From: an uncultured Chloroflexia bacterium
GTDB lineage: Bacteria > Chloroflexota > Limnocylindria > Limnocylindrales > CSP1-4
Direction: 5' to 3'
Assembly: GCA_963743795.1 (NCBI GenBank)
Contig: CAVUQZ010000003.1
Span: forward strand, 80,065-144,064
DNA: 64,000 bases
The notes below the pieces were generated by a model that did not search any database, was not told where the DNA came from, and worked only from the letters and a program-made list of their open reading frames with translations. The position numbers and the translations under genes were made by a program. Shown here one piece after another: positions 9,984-22,154 of this stretch (positions are counted from its first letter, which is position 1; every line of letters starts with the position of its first letter).

Positions 9984-11693
9984 TTACCAGCCTAGCAGCG
10001 ACTGAGAGGTCGTGCGGACCTGGCCGAGCACCGTCCGGCCGTCCCCATTGGCGTCGAGCAGGTTGGGCTGGCCGTCGATCATGAAGACCGGGTGCAGGTC
10101 CACCTGGACGAGATTGCGGCCGACGAACGTGAGGTCCACCACCGCGCTCTCCTGAGCGCGCTCGTCGTGAGTCCAGTCGAACACGAGGTCGCCGAGCGAA
10201 TAGAAGGCCAGGTTGGAGGGGCCCAGCTGCTGGACCGGCCCGAACCAGTGGGAGTGGCTGCCCAGGATGAGGTCGGCCCCGGCGTCGATCATCCTCCGCG
10301 CGTCGTACTGCAGCCCCGGCACGAGCGAGTCGGTGTATTCGTTGCCCCAGTGAGGCATGACGACGACGTAGTCGGCCCCGGCCGCTTTGGCCGCCGCTAT
10401 GTCGGCCGTGACGGCTCCGATGGAGTACGCGGCCGAACCAGGCGAACTGGCCGTGGCCCAGTAGTCGACGGGCTGGATGTAGCTGTAGGCGAGCACTGCC
10501 ACCCTCAAACCGCCGGCGCTGAGCCAGGCGGCCTTGCGCGCTTCCGATCGATTGGCGCCGGCGCCGGCATGGGCGATCCCGAGCTGGTCGAGGTGGCTGA
10601 CGGTGTCGGTCACGCCGTGGCTGCCCCCGTCACCCACGTGGTTGTTGGCAAGGGAAACGGCGTCGATACCGGCAAACTGGAGGCCCTTGAGCAGGTCCGG
10701 ATCGCCGGTGAACCGGAAGCCCGTGGCGTGGTATGAGAAGTCGTTCGGCTCCGGCGATTCCAGGTTGACGAGCGCCAGGTCCGCCTGCTGGAAGAGCGAC
10801 CAGAAGGCTCCCGTGCCGCCCGTTCGGTGGCCAGACGCGAGCGTTCCACCGCCCCATCCGCAGCAGTAGCGCTGGTCGATGACGGCGTAGCCGCCATCCC
10901 AGGCGTAATCCACGCCTCGGCCCTCGAGGACGGACTGCGCATAGACGGCCCTGTCGAGCATCACGTCGCCGCCCGCGGCCATCGTCCACGCGGTCGCCGT
11001 GGTGAACCCGGAGACAACCCCAGGCTCCGAGGCGAGAAGCGGCCAGTCCGCCAGGACCGTCGTCCGGCCGATTCCGAAGAGCGCCACGCCGTCGACCGAA
11101 AGGGCGCGGACTCCGATCGTCACGTCGTCCGCTCGGACGATGCCGAGCGCACCGGGCATCGCCCTGACGAATGCGCGAACGTCTGCCGGGGACATCGTCC
11201 GAACGCCCTGCGGCCGGATGCCGAGGGCGGCGGCTAGGGCGGGAAGGTCGGCGGCACTGACGGCCGACAGCCTGGAGCCGGCCGTTGGCTCCGGTTCGCC
11301 GCCGGCGAGGCGACGGCCCAGCTCAGCCCGCGTGATCGAGCGCTCCGTCGACCAGAAGCTCACGATTGGCACGAGCGGAACCAGGGACAGGCTGGGCTCG
11401 GGCGTGGGTGACTCGAGGGTTGCCGTAGGCGAGTGTGGTGGAGCGGGGGAGGGCGCCGTGGATGCCGGCGTCCAGGACGGCGTCCACGGGGAGGCTGTCG
11501 AGTCCGGGCTCGCGGCGCCGATGGGTGAGCCTTCGGTGAGGGTGGTGTGGGTCCCGTCTGCGCCCAACTCACCGAACGCGGCCGTGGCCAGTAGCGCGAT
11601 GCTCAGGATCACCATCGTCAGGGCCGTGGATCGCGATGGCCGGCGGGAGTGAATCACACCCCGAAGACTAGCGTACGACGTGAGAGGGTCCAC
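9984..11693 (-). CDS. CapA-family (poly-gamma-glutamate synthesis/metallophosphatase-like) membrane-anchored protein
   Basis: 'AAGGDVMLDRAVY', 'ALVNLESP', 'SLANNHVGDGG', 'MPHWGNEY' and 'LGSHSHW', with an N-terminal TM and a Pro/Ser/Thr linker. The start is uncertain (GTG 11693 or ATG 11615). Confidence 0.75.
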   Translation of the reverse strand: MDPLTSYASLRGVIHSRRPSRSTALTMVILSIALLATAAFGELGADGTHTTLTEGSPIGAASPDSTASPWTPSWTPASTAPSPAPPHSPTATLESPTPEPSLSLVPLVPIVSFWSTERSITRAELGRRLAGGEPEPTAGSRLSAVSAADLPALAAALGIRPQGVRTMSPADVRAFVRAMPGALGIVRADDVTIGVRALSVDGVALFGIGRTTVLADWPLLASEPGVVSGFTTATAWTMAAGGDVMLDRAVYAQSVLEGRGVDYAWDGGYAVIDQRYCCGWGGGTLASGHRTGGTGAFWSLFQQADLALVNLESPEPNDFSYHATGFRFTGDPDLLKGLQFAGIDAVSLANNHVGDGGSHGVTDTVSHLDQLGIAHAGAGANRSEARKAAWLSAGGLRVAVLAYSYIQPVDYWATASSPGSAAYSIGAVTADIAAAKAAGADYVVVMPHWGNEYTDSLVPGLQYDARRMIDAGADLILGSHSHWFGPVQQLGPSNLAFYSLGDLVFDWTHDERAQESAVVDLTFVGRNLVQVDLHPVFMIDGQPNLLDANGDGRTVLGQVRTTSQSLLGW

Positions 11694-11928
11694 GCTGCGG
11701 CTGGCCGGTGGGCGATGGTCGGCGGCCCGCTGCTCACTCTGGGAGTCCCGCTAATCCGGGCCGAATGGCCGGCCCGCGCGGGACCCGAATACCTGTCCGC
11801 GGTGCCGGTCGGCAGAAAGTCCTGCCGGCCGCCGCCTGTACAATCAGCGGGACGTAATGAGATTTCCGTCGCTCGGGCGCCCCGCCGCCCGCAGCGCCAA
11901 AAGCCCATCCAAGGAGAGTGACACCCCC

Positions 11929-14732
<2,804 letters not shown>

Positions 14733-15022
14733 CCCTCCTTCGTCCATAGTTGGAACGCCCGTCGGTTTCCGTGCCGAGCGTTTCCATGTCCGGGGCCGGG
14801 CGGAGGGGGGCCTGGCAGGGGGCCGGGCGAGGCCGGGCGAGGCGTGCCGCGGCCGCGCTAGCACGGCTGGTTCGGGGGCCGCTTGACTCTCGGCAGTCTC
14901 GCTTCCGCGCGGGCCGCTCGGGACCGCCGGCCGGGCCGCCTGCCGGTCGGCCGTTTCGGCCGATCCCGACCTGGCCGGCTCCGGCCTCTTGCTGCCGAGA
15001 GCGGTTGGCGGCGCTGACCGGC

Positions 15023-15031
15023 TGCTATTCT
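15023..15031 (+). promoter_or_regulatory. Candidate extended -10 element TGCTATTCT upstream of the galactanase gene
   Basis: The same 10-mer TGCTATTCTG also occurs upstream of tRNA-Asn (47076). It lies about 100 nt before ATG 15134. Confidence 0.25.
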
Positions 15032-15133
15032 GGGTGGACCGGCGGCGACGGTACGCGGGGCGGGGGCCCGAGCGCATCGTGCGCGGTTCCGTGACGGCTG
15101 GGTTGGCTTGGACCCCAGGACAGGGAGCTAACC

Positions 15134-17161
15134 ATGAAGAACAGGAAGGCGTTCGCGCTTGTCGCGATCGTCATCGTCGCCGCGGTCGTTGCGCCGCTGG
15201 CCCTATTCGGCGTCGTGCTTCGGCCGGCGGCTACACCTCAACCGACGACGAGCGTCGGGGCCACTCAGCAGCCGACGCAGGTGGCCACGCTGGGTCCAAC
15301 GCTCCAGCCCACGCCGGCACCGACGCTGCCGCCACTCCCGACCGATCTGGCGATTCACGTGAACCCGATCGCCGGCCTCAGCCCGGACTTCATCATGGGC
15401 GCCGACGTATCGATGCTCAAAGAGATGCAGGACAACGGCGCCCGCTTCTTCGTGAACGGCGTGCCCGAGGAGGCCCTACAGATCCTGAGGGACCATGGCG
15501 TCAACTGGATCAGGCTGCGCCTCTGGAACGATCCGACCGACGCGAAGGGTCAGCCGATGGGCGGCGGCGACAACGATCTGAAGACGACCGCCGCCATTGC
15601 CTCGCGGGCCAAGGCCATGGGGTTCAGGTTCCTCCTCGACTTCCACTACAGCGACTGGTGGGCCGACCCCGGCAAGCAGAACATGCCCAAAGCGTGGGTC
15701 GGGATGAATCTCGGCGAGCTGCAGACGGCCCTCTACGACTACACGTCCGGGGCCATCAAGACCCTTGCCAAAGCGGGCGCCATGCCGGATATGGTCCAGA
15801 TCGGCAATGAGATCAACGGCGGCATGATGTGGCCGGTTGGCGCGCTCTACGCCCAGGGAGACGCCCAGATCGGCGGCTACGACGCCCTTGGGGCGCTCCT
15901 CAAGGCCGGCGTCAAGGCGGTCCGGGACGCGGATCCGAACGGCGCCGATCCGAAGACCCGGGCCCGGATCGTGATCCATCTCGCGAACGGCGGCGACAAC
16001 GGCCTGTACCGCACCGTATTCGACGCTCTGACGGCGCGCGGCGTCGACTTCGACGTCATCGGGTTGTCCTACTACAGCTACTGGCACGGGGCTCTGGCCA
16101 GCCTGCAGGCCAACATGAACGACATCAGCCAGCGTTATCACAAGGACGTGGCGGTCGTCGAGACCGCCTATGCCTACACCCTCGCCGACGCTGACCTGAC
16201 GACCAATCTCTTCGGGTCGAACCAGGTCAAGGACGGGGGCTACCTGCCGACGGTGCAAGGCCAGGCGACGTCGGTCCACGACGTCATGGCGGCCGTGGCC
16301 CAGGTGCCCGACGGCAAGGGCCTCGGCGTCTTCTACTGGGAGCCGGACTGGTACGCCCTCAAAGGCGCCGGCTGGCAAACGGGCGCGGGCGACGAGTGGG
16401 ACAACCAGGCCATGTTCGATGGCCAGGGCGAGGCCCTGAGCTCGATGTACGTCTTCCGACTCGCCAGGCCAGACAGCGGCAGCGCTCCGGTCGCCGCGAC
16501 GGTGACGGCCATCGAACCGATCACGATGAAGGTGCCGGTGAAGGCCACGCCGCAACTGCCGGCGACCGTCAAGGCCACTTTCAGCGACGATTCGATCCGG
16601 GACACGCCGGTGATCTGGACAATGCCCGCCATCTCGGCCTTTGCCAAACCCGGGCTCGTGGCCGTCAAGGGCAAGCTGACCGGCACGACGCTCCAGGCGA
16701 CGGCCAGCCTGACGGTCAGCAGCCAGATCAACTACGTGGCCAATCCCGGCCTCGAGACCGGCGACCTGACCTCCTGGACGATCGCCGGCGACACTTCCGC
16801 GGTCAACGCCAGCAAGGAGACCGGCAACATCCACAGCGGTGTCTGGGCCCTTCACTACTGGCTTGACAAGCCCTTCGCCTTCACCGCCTCCCAGACATTC
16901 ACTGGCCTGACCAGTGGCACCTATCGCTTCGATGCCTGGTCACAGGGCGGCGGCGGCGAGAAGACGATGCAGCTGTCTGTGACCTGCGGCGACGCGACCC
17001 AGACCGTCGACATAGTCAACAAGGGCTGGCAGCAGTACACCCAGCCCACGATCGACGGCATCGTCGTCACGGGCGGCACGTGCACGGTCGGGCTCAAGCT
17101 CGACGCCCCGGCCGGAGTCTGGGGCTTCCTCGACGACTTCGAGTTCGTCAGGGTCAAGTAG
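15134..17161 (+). CDS. Secreted arabinogalactan endo-beta-1,4-galactanase (GH53) with C-terminal Ig-like/carbohydrate-binding modules
   Basis: 'FIMGADVSMLKEMQDNGARF', 'NWIRLRLWNDP', 'FLLDFHYSDWWADPGKQNMPKAW' and 'VQIGNEINGGMMWP'. It has an N-terminal signal/TM and a roughly 270-aa C-terminal extension. Confidence 0.85.
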   Translation: MKNRKAFALVAIVIVAAVVAPLALFGVVLRPAATPQPTTSVGATQQPTQVATLGPTLQPTPAPTLPPLPTDLAIHVNPIAGLSPDFIMGADVSMLKEMQDNGARFFVNGVPEEALQILRDHGVNWIRLRLWNDPTDAKGQPMGGGDNDLKTTAAIASRAKAMGFRFLLDFHYSDWWADPGKQNMPKAWVGMNLGELQTALYDYTSGAIKTLAKAGAMPDMVQIGNEINGGMMWPVGALYAQGDAQIGGYDALGALLKAGVKAVRDADPNGADPKTRARIVIHLANGGDNGLYRTVFDALTARGVDFDVIGLSYYSYWHGALASLQANMNDISQRYHKDVAVVETAYAYTLADADLTTNLFGSNQVKDGGYLPTVQGQATSVHDVMAAVAQVPDGKGLGVFYWEPDWYALKGAGWQTGAGDEWDNQAMFDGQGEALSSMYVFRLARPDSGSAPVAATVTAIEPITMKVPVKATPQLPATVKATFSDDSIRDTPVIWTMPAISAFAKPGLVAVKGKLTGTTLQATASLTVSSQINYVANPGLETGDLTSWTIAGDTSAVNASKETGNIHSGVWALHYWLDKPFAFTASQTFTGLTSGTYRFDAWSQGGGGEKTMQLSVTCGDATQTVDIVNKGWQQYTQPTIDGIVVTGGTCTVGLKLDAPAGVWGFLDDFEFVRVK

Positions 17162-17184
17162 ACCCGGGCGGCGCTCGGCGTCGC

Positions 17185-17775
17185 TCAACCCGAGAGCAGC
17201 AGGCTCCAGCACGACCCGCATGGTGCCCGTGGCGGTGGTCATGGTCACCTGGTAGGCGCCGTATGGCCAAGACCAGGGATTCGACCGCCAGGCGTCGGTG
17301 AGCGGGCGCGGAACGGCGGGCCAGGCCGCGGTCGTCGGCGCGACCAGGAACTTGCCGCATCGAATCTGGCCGGCGGTGGCTTTCGCGGGCGCCGATGAGA
17401 GCACGCTCATCGCCGGCAGCGGCGTGACGAACGTTTTCGGCAGGAAACCGGCCCGCGGCAGGTAGGACGGATGCTCCGGGCGGCCCAGGTACAGGCCACG
17501 ATCAGTGACTTGACACGGCCGCCGTCCGACTGACCGCCGGGTGCGCCTGCCGTCAGCCCCGACCAGGCCGTGTTGGCCGCACCCGGGCGGGCTTGATCCG
17601 CCCGATGCAACCACGAGGTTGCCCCCGCAACTGTCCGCGCCGGGAGACCTACGATGCGCTCGAATTTCCAACGGGCGCGAGTGACGGCGCGCTCCTCGCA
17701 AACGGCTCGGGACCCCCTCCCCGGGCCGTTTGCTCTGCCTGGGCCGTGTCCCGTATCCCGGGCAGTGCGAGGGCG
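17185..17775 (-). pseudogene. Degenerate, start-less paralogue of the upstream gene 17776..18867 (at least 3 frame changes)
   Basis: Pieces in three frames align to the C-terminal half of the neighbour. 'NTAWSGLTAG' matches 'VTAWVAAGSP'. 'QVTDRGLYLGRPEHPSYLPRAGF' matches 'KVTAVTVGYMGDLDHPTHLPQTGF'. 'TDAWRSNPWSWPYGAYQVTMTTATG' matches 'RDAWRSLPWPWPTGTYTVTITSTTG'. 'WSLLLSG*' matches 'YLLTLLTT*'. Confidence 0.4.
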
Positions 17776-18867
17776 TCAGGTGGTCAGGAGAGTGAGGAGG
17801 TACCTGATCGCGCCAGTGGTCGAGGTGATGGTCACCGTGTAGGTGCCCGTGGGCCATGGCCATGGCAGCGAGCGCCAGGCATCCCGCACCGTTGAGACGG
17901 CGCCGGCCGAGGTGACAGAGGGCGGGATCCAGAACTGCCCTGGCAGGAGGGTGCCGGCCTGCGCAGCCGCCTTTGCGGCAAAGGCCAAACCAGGGCTCCG
18001 GCCAGTTCCGACTCCCAGGGAGCCCGGTATCACCTGCGCGGCCGGAAGCGGGCTCACCTGCGCGTTGGCCGGGAACCCAGTCTGAGGGAGATGCGTCGGG
18101 TGATCGAGGTCGCCCATGTATCCGACCGTCACGGCCGTGACTTTCATGCTGTGCGGCCACGTGACAGCCAGGCCGAAGACCTCGCTGCCCGGGCTGACCT
18201 TGATGATCGTGTAGTTCGGTGATCCGGCGGCGACCCAGGCAGTGACCGGCGAAGGGGTGGCGCTGCTCGTGGGCACCTGGGCCAGGTCGGGCATGGTAGC
18301 CGTGCTGTATCCCCAGCGGTCGTGTGGATCGGTGGTGCCCAGGACGGTCCAGTCCACCGCCGCCCAGCGAGGATCGGGCGTTGCTCCAAAGTTGCCCGGC
18401 TGTGGCGTGGACCCATTTCCACCGGAGAACGGCCAGCGGTAGTCCCCCGGCGGTACGTCCGGCCATCCAATCGGGGTCTTCCGGGCCGTGGCCTCGGGCG
18501 TCGGGGCATCTGCCACCAGGATGGCCGCCGCACCGGTCGGTCCGGCGGTCGATGAGGCGTCCGGTCCGCGGGCGATAGGAGCAGATGACCAGGGCTTCAC
18601 CAGCGCCGCGGCCAGGAAGATGAATCCGGCAATGATGAGCAATAGCTCGGCACGGACACGGCGCCGCCCGCCAACACGCCCGAACTCGGTCTCGTCGCGT
18701 TCCCGCCCGCCCAACCGTACCCCGGCGTCATACTCGGCCGGTCGCGGGCCCCGCTTGCGGGTCCGCGGCGATTCGACTCTGGCCTCGGGCAAGTCGATCA
18801 ACCGGCCCGAAGATCGGTTCCCCGGCTCCGAATAGATGCCCTCGTCTCGCGGGGTTCGGCCGCCCAT
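17776..18867 (-). CDS. Hypothetical membrane-anchored extracytoplasmic protein
   Basis: 363-aa ORF with an Arg-rich N-terminus, the TM 'LLLIIAGFIFLAAALV' and a Trp/Pro-rich ectodomain. I recognise no family. The true start is uncertain; an SD-preceded ATG at 19006 lies in another frame. Confidence 0.5.
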   Translation of the reverse strand: MGGRTPRDEGIYSEPGNRSSGRLIDLPEARVESPRTRKRGPRPAEYDAGVRLGGRERDETEFGRVGGRRRVRAELLLIIAGFIFLAAALVKPWSSAPIARGPDASSTAGPTGAAAILVADAPTPEATARKTPIGWPDVPPGDYRWPFSGGNGSTPQPGNFGATPDPRWAAVDWTVLGTTDPHDRWGYSTATMPDLAQVPTSSATPSPVTAWVAAGSPNYTIIKVSPGSEVFGLAVTWPHSMKVTAVTVGYMGDLDHPTHLPQTGFPANAQVSPLPAAQVIPGSLGVGTGRSPGLAFAAKAAAQAGTLLPGQFWIPPSVTSAGAVSTVRDAWRSLPWPWPTGTYTVTITSTTGAIRYLLTLLTT

Positions 18868-19183
18868 CGCGATTGCTCCGCGCTCGAGCTATGGGTTGGG
18901 CGTCCTTGTCTCGAAAGATGACGGCCGCCTGGGCGCTGGCCGCCGCGGCGTGATCGTCTTCTTCTCTGGGGACGCAACCCGTGACGTGCTCGATGGTACT
19001 GTGCATTCGGGTGGCTTCCTTCCGCCCCTGCCGGCGTCCCGCGTGACGCACTGGTCGGCGTATCGACGCGGTGGGCGACCAGCCGAGCCTCACGGCCCGC
19101 CCGGCGGGATGGGCGCCTGTTCCGGCGAGCCGGCCGACGCTGGCGCTCGTGCCGCCGCCTGCGCCGGCCATCGCCGATGCACG

Positions 19184-20227
19184 CTACAGCTCCGCCTCCA
19201 GCATCGCCGCCAACTCACGGGCGTTGGTCGATCCGTAATTGGCGTAGCAGTTGTTCATCAGGACGTGCATCTCGCGGGCCTCATCCGCCGCCTCTCGAAT
19301 GCGTGGCACCCATTCCGCCAGCTCTTCCTTGCTGTACAGGTAGCGGAACCGCTCCACGACGGGAATCCCCGGCGCCTCCCATGTCTCGCGCCTCCGGCCA
19401 TGGAACCGGACAAGGGCCAGCTCGGGCGAGGTCACGGCCACGATCGGCGGCACGCTGCTGCGCAAGCCCTGCGGTCCGTCGACCATGACGAACGGGATCG
19501 CGTTGTCGGTCAGGAAGCGGAAGGTCCGCTCGCGGTTCTTGTCGTTGAACCAGGTCTCGCTGCGAAACTCGACGGCCGATCGAGCGCCCGCGAGTCTCTC
19601 ACGTGCGTGGAGGATTGCCTCCCGACTCTCGCCGGTTGGGAAGAACCAGCGCGGGAATTGGAGCAGCACGGAGCCCAGCTGGCCGCTGGCCCGGAGAGGT
19701 TCGAGGCCAGCCAGGAATAGTCGCCAGACTTCGTCGCTCAGCTCGACCGGCAGCTCGCGGGCATATACCCGGACCTTTGCGGCCAGCGCCTCCGGCAGGG
19801 CCGTGCGGATGTCCTTTGGCAGCCGCTTCGTCTCAGTAGGCTGGCCGGTCATCAGCGCGTAGGCCTTGACGTCGAAGACGAAGTCCGGCGGCGTGCGCGC
19901 CACCCATGTCTCTGCGACCCGCGCGGCTGGGAGGGCGTAGTAGGTGGCGTCGACCTCTACCACCGGGAATGTGCCGGCGTAGTAGGCGAGACGCTCCTCG
20001 GCCGTGTCCGTTCCGCGCGGGTAGAACACGCCCGGGGCGGTCATCGTCGGGTCGGTCCAGGAGGCGGTGCCGATGCGGATCGTGGCTCCGCCGGTGGTGG
20101 TGAGAGGCGTACTGGCCGCTTGCTCGACGGTCAGGGCGCGCTCGCCAGCCGCGTCCGATCCAGGATCGTGCTCGTTGGACCCTGGAGTCTCCAGCGGCAA
20201 GGTCGGCATCGCCCCAGGTTGCCTCAT
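19184..20227 (-). CDS. DUF72 (YecE/UPF0759) family protein
   Basis: 'IRIGTASWTDP', 'YYAGTFPVVEVDATYYALP', 'LLQFPRWF' and 'VEFRSETWF' are typical DUF72 blocks. Confidence 0.75.
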   Translation of the reverse strand: MRQPGAMPTLPLETPGSNEHDPGSDAAGERALTVEQAASTPLTTTGGATIRIGTASWTDPTMTAPGVFYPRGTDTAEERLAYYAGTFPVVEVDATYYALPAARVAETWVARTPPDFVFDVKAYALMTGQPTETKRLPKDIRTALPEALAAKVRVYARELPVELSDEVWRLFLAGLEPLRASGQLGSVLLQFPRWFFPTGESREAILHARERLAGARSAVEFRSETWFNDKNRERTFRFLTDNAIPFVMVDGPQGLRSSVPPIVAVTSPELALVRFHGRRRETWEAPGIPVVERFRYLYSKEELAEWVPRIREAADEAREMHVLMNNCYANYGSTNARELAAMLEAEL

Positions 20228-20275
20228 TCGGGACGGACGCGCCAGTCCGCTGGTACGTCCGTCCCCTTCGGCGCT

Positions 20276-20503
20276 CTATTGACAGGGATCGTCGGAGGCC
20301 AGTCTGCGCCGCGCGGCCAGCGCCGCGACCAGCCGGGTCAACCGCGCAAGCATCCTGCCGTCCGCATCACCACGACCGGCGCCGGCCTGGCCCGTCCGTT
20401 CGAGACCTGGACCGTTCGCGATCATCCAGTCATTTCGGAGCTCGGCCGCATGCTCTCGAGTCAGGCGGAGCCGCGTTACAGGATCAATCCAGTTGGGGTA
20501 CAT
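20276..20503 (-). CDS. Small hypothetical protein (75 aa from ATG 20503)
   Basis: ORF 20276..20545. The internal ATG is preceded by GAAGGA. It is divergent from the WYL regulator and has no recognisable family. Confidence 0.3.
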   Translation of the reverse strand: MYPNWIDPVTRLRLTREHAAELRNDWMIANGPGLERTGQAGAGRGDADGRMLARLTRLVAALAARRRLASDDPCQ

Positions 20504-20637
20504 GACATCCTTCGATTCCCGGGTCGACCAGCATGGGTTCGACACCGCTGCTTCTCATTCCTACAGTCCGAACCTTAGCTCAGATACATGACGAAACCTG
20601 GCAGGAATGCGGACCGACAATCGGGTACTCTGCTGGC

Positions 20638-21612
20638 ATGCGAGCCAGCCGACTGATCACCCTCTTGCTCATGCTGCAGACCCGAGGTCGTGTAACGGCC
20701 CGGCAGCTGGCAGACGAGCTGGAGGTCTCTATTCGGACCGTCTATCGGGACATCGACGAGCTGAGCGCCTCCGGAATACCGGTCTTCGCGGACCGCGGAA
20801 CACATGGCGGGTACCAGCTCGTGGAGGGCTATCGCACGAGACTCACCGGCTTGACGCCCGAAGAAGCGGAATCCCTCTTCCTGTCCGGCTATCCGGGTCC
20901 GGCAGCGCAGCTCGGTTTGGGGACGGTTCTCGCAGCAGCGCAGCTGAAGGTGCTTGCGGCGCTCCCGCCCGAGCTGCGGGGCAGGGCTGCGCGGCTGAGG
21001 CAGCGCTTCCATCTCGATGCGCCGGGCTGGTTTCAAGAGCCGGACTCGGCGCCCAGGCTGCAACAGCTTGCCGAGGCTGTCTGGTCGGACCGTCGCCTCG
21101 AGATTCGGTACCGGCGGGGGAGCGACGATGGACCGATCGTCGAACGCGTCGTCGACCCGATCGGCCTGGTCCTGAAGGCCGGGATCTGGTACCTGGTTGG
21201 GCGGGCCGACGATTCGATGCGCACCTACCGCGTCTCGCGCATCCTCGATCTGGTAGTGCTGCCGGATCGCTTCGAGCGGCCCGAGGAGTTCGACCTGGCC
21301 GACTATTGGGGGAAGGCGGTGGCAGCCTACGAGGAAAGCTTGCCCGCGTTTACCGCAATGGTTCGTGTGCGCGGTGACGGCCTCGAGCGCGTCGTCGAGG
21401 CACTCGGCCCGGCATCGGTGGGGCAACCGACGTCGGACTCGACCGGCCCGAACCCGGAGGGCTGGCAGACGGTGTCGCTAAAGCTCGAAGACCTGTCGCA
21501 TGCAGAACCTATCCTTCTGCGGCTCGGTGCCGAGCTTCAGGTGCTCGAACCGGCCGATCTGCGAGAAAGGATTGCCGCGACGACGAGCGCAATGGCCGCT
21601 CTGTACCGATGA
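20638..21612 (+). CDS. HTH-WYL (YafY-like) transcriptional regulator
   Basis: 'MRASRLITLLLMLQTRGRVTARQLADELEVSIRTVYRDIDELSASGIPV', then the WYL region 'DPIGLVLKAGIWYLVG'. Confidence 0.8.
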   Translation: MRASRLITLLLMLQTRGRVTARQLADELEVSIRTVYRDIDELSASGIPVFADRGTHGGYQLVEGYRTRLTGLTPEEAESLFLSGYPGPAAQLGLGTVLAAAQLKVLAALPPELRGRAARLRQRFHLDAPGWFQEPDSAPRLQQLAEAVWSDRRLEIRYRRGSDDGPIVERVVDPIGLVLKAGIWYLVGRADDSMRTYRVSRILDLVVLPDRFERPEEFDLADYWGKAVAAYEESLPAFTAMVRVRGDGLERVVEALGPASVGQPTSDSTGPNPEGWQTVSLKLEDLSHAEPILLRLGAELQVLEPADLRERIAATTSAMAALYR

Positions 21613-21679
21613 ATTCCGGGCCGAGGATCGTCGGGTCGCGGCGTTCCCCCCAAGGAGGCCCCGGCCCGACGATACCCTG

Positions 21680-21973
21680 TCAGCGGCCGCTGGCGATGTC
21701 CACGTACACCACCGAGCGATCTGTCACGTCCTGCTCCAGGTGGGCGACATAGCCGAGTGGCCATAGCTCCCGGTTGAGCGCCCTCTCGAGACCGGCGATG
21801 TGCCCGCATCCGAGCGCGCCTCTGGCCAGGGCGCCGCGAATCATCGGGTCGTCAAACGAAGGAACGTCCGAGCCGGCGCGCGCGGTCAATCCCCGACAAC
21901 CATCCTGATACCACGGCACCGGGCCGAGCTTCCTCAGGCCGGACGCACGTCGGGGCATAGACACCACAGCCAT
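21680..21973 (-). CDS. Hypothetical protein (97 aa)
   Basis: ORF with GC3-rich codons and a weak AGGAA SD. I recognise no family. Confidence 0.35.
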   Translation of the reverse strand: MAVVSMPRRASGLRKLGPVPWYQDGCRGLTARAGSDVPSFDDPMIRGALARGALGCGHIAGLERALNRELWPLGYVAHLEQDVTDRSVVYVDIASGR

Positions 21974-22154
21974 TCGATTCCTGTCTACTCGGGGCAGAAG
22001 TCAAGCGCTATTGTACATGCGGCCTATCGGCGCACAAGTGCCGACCATGCGCAGGGCGCTATCAGCCCCGGGCGAGGCGCGCCGCGGACGCTGCAACGGC
22101 GGAGTTCACCTGCCCGCCGACCCACTCGCTGTCCTCGGTCACAGACGCGAGGCG

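Noticed and set aside
14750-15133. ORFs 14750..15094 and 14989..15810 in the very GC-rich spacer after ppdK, and the small 'GGCCGGGCGAG' x2 repeat at about 14820-14842.
   Set aside because: The translations are Gly/Arg/Ala/Pro low-complexity. The second ORF runs out of frame into the galactanase gene. The repeat is only two short units, so this is most likely plain intergenic DNA.
17773-17781. The in-frame TGA between the two paralogous copies might be programmed readthrough, selenocysteine, or an alternative genetic code.
   Set aside because: TGA is used as an ordinary stop by many well-defined genes in this window. No SECIS-like hairpin follows it. The downstream copy needs several further frameshifts, so decay is the simpler explanation.
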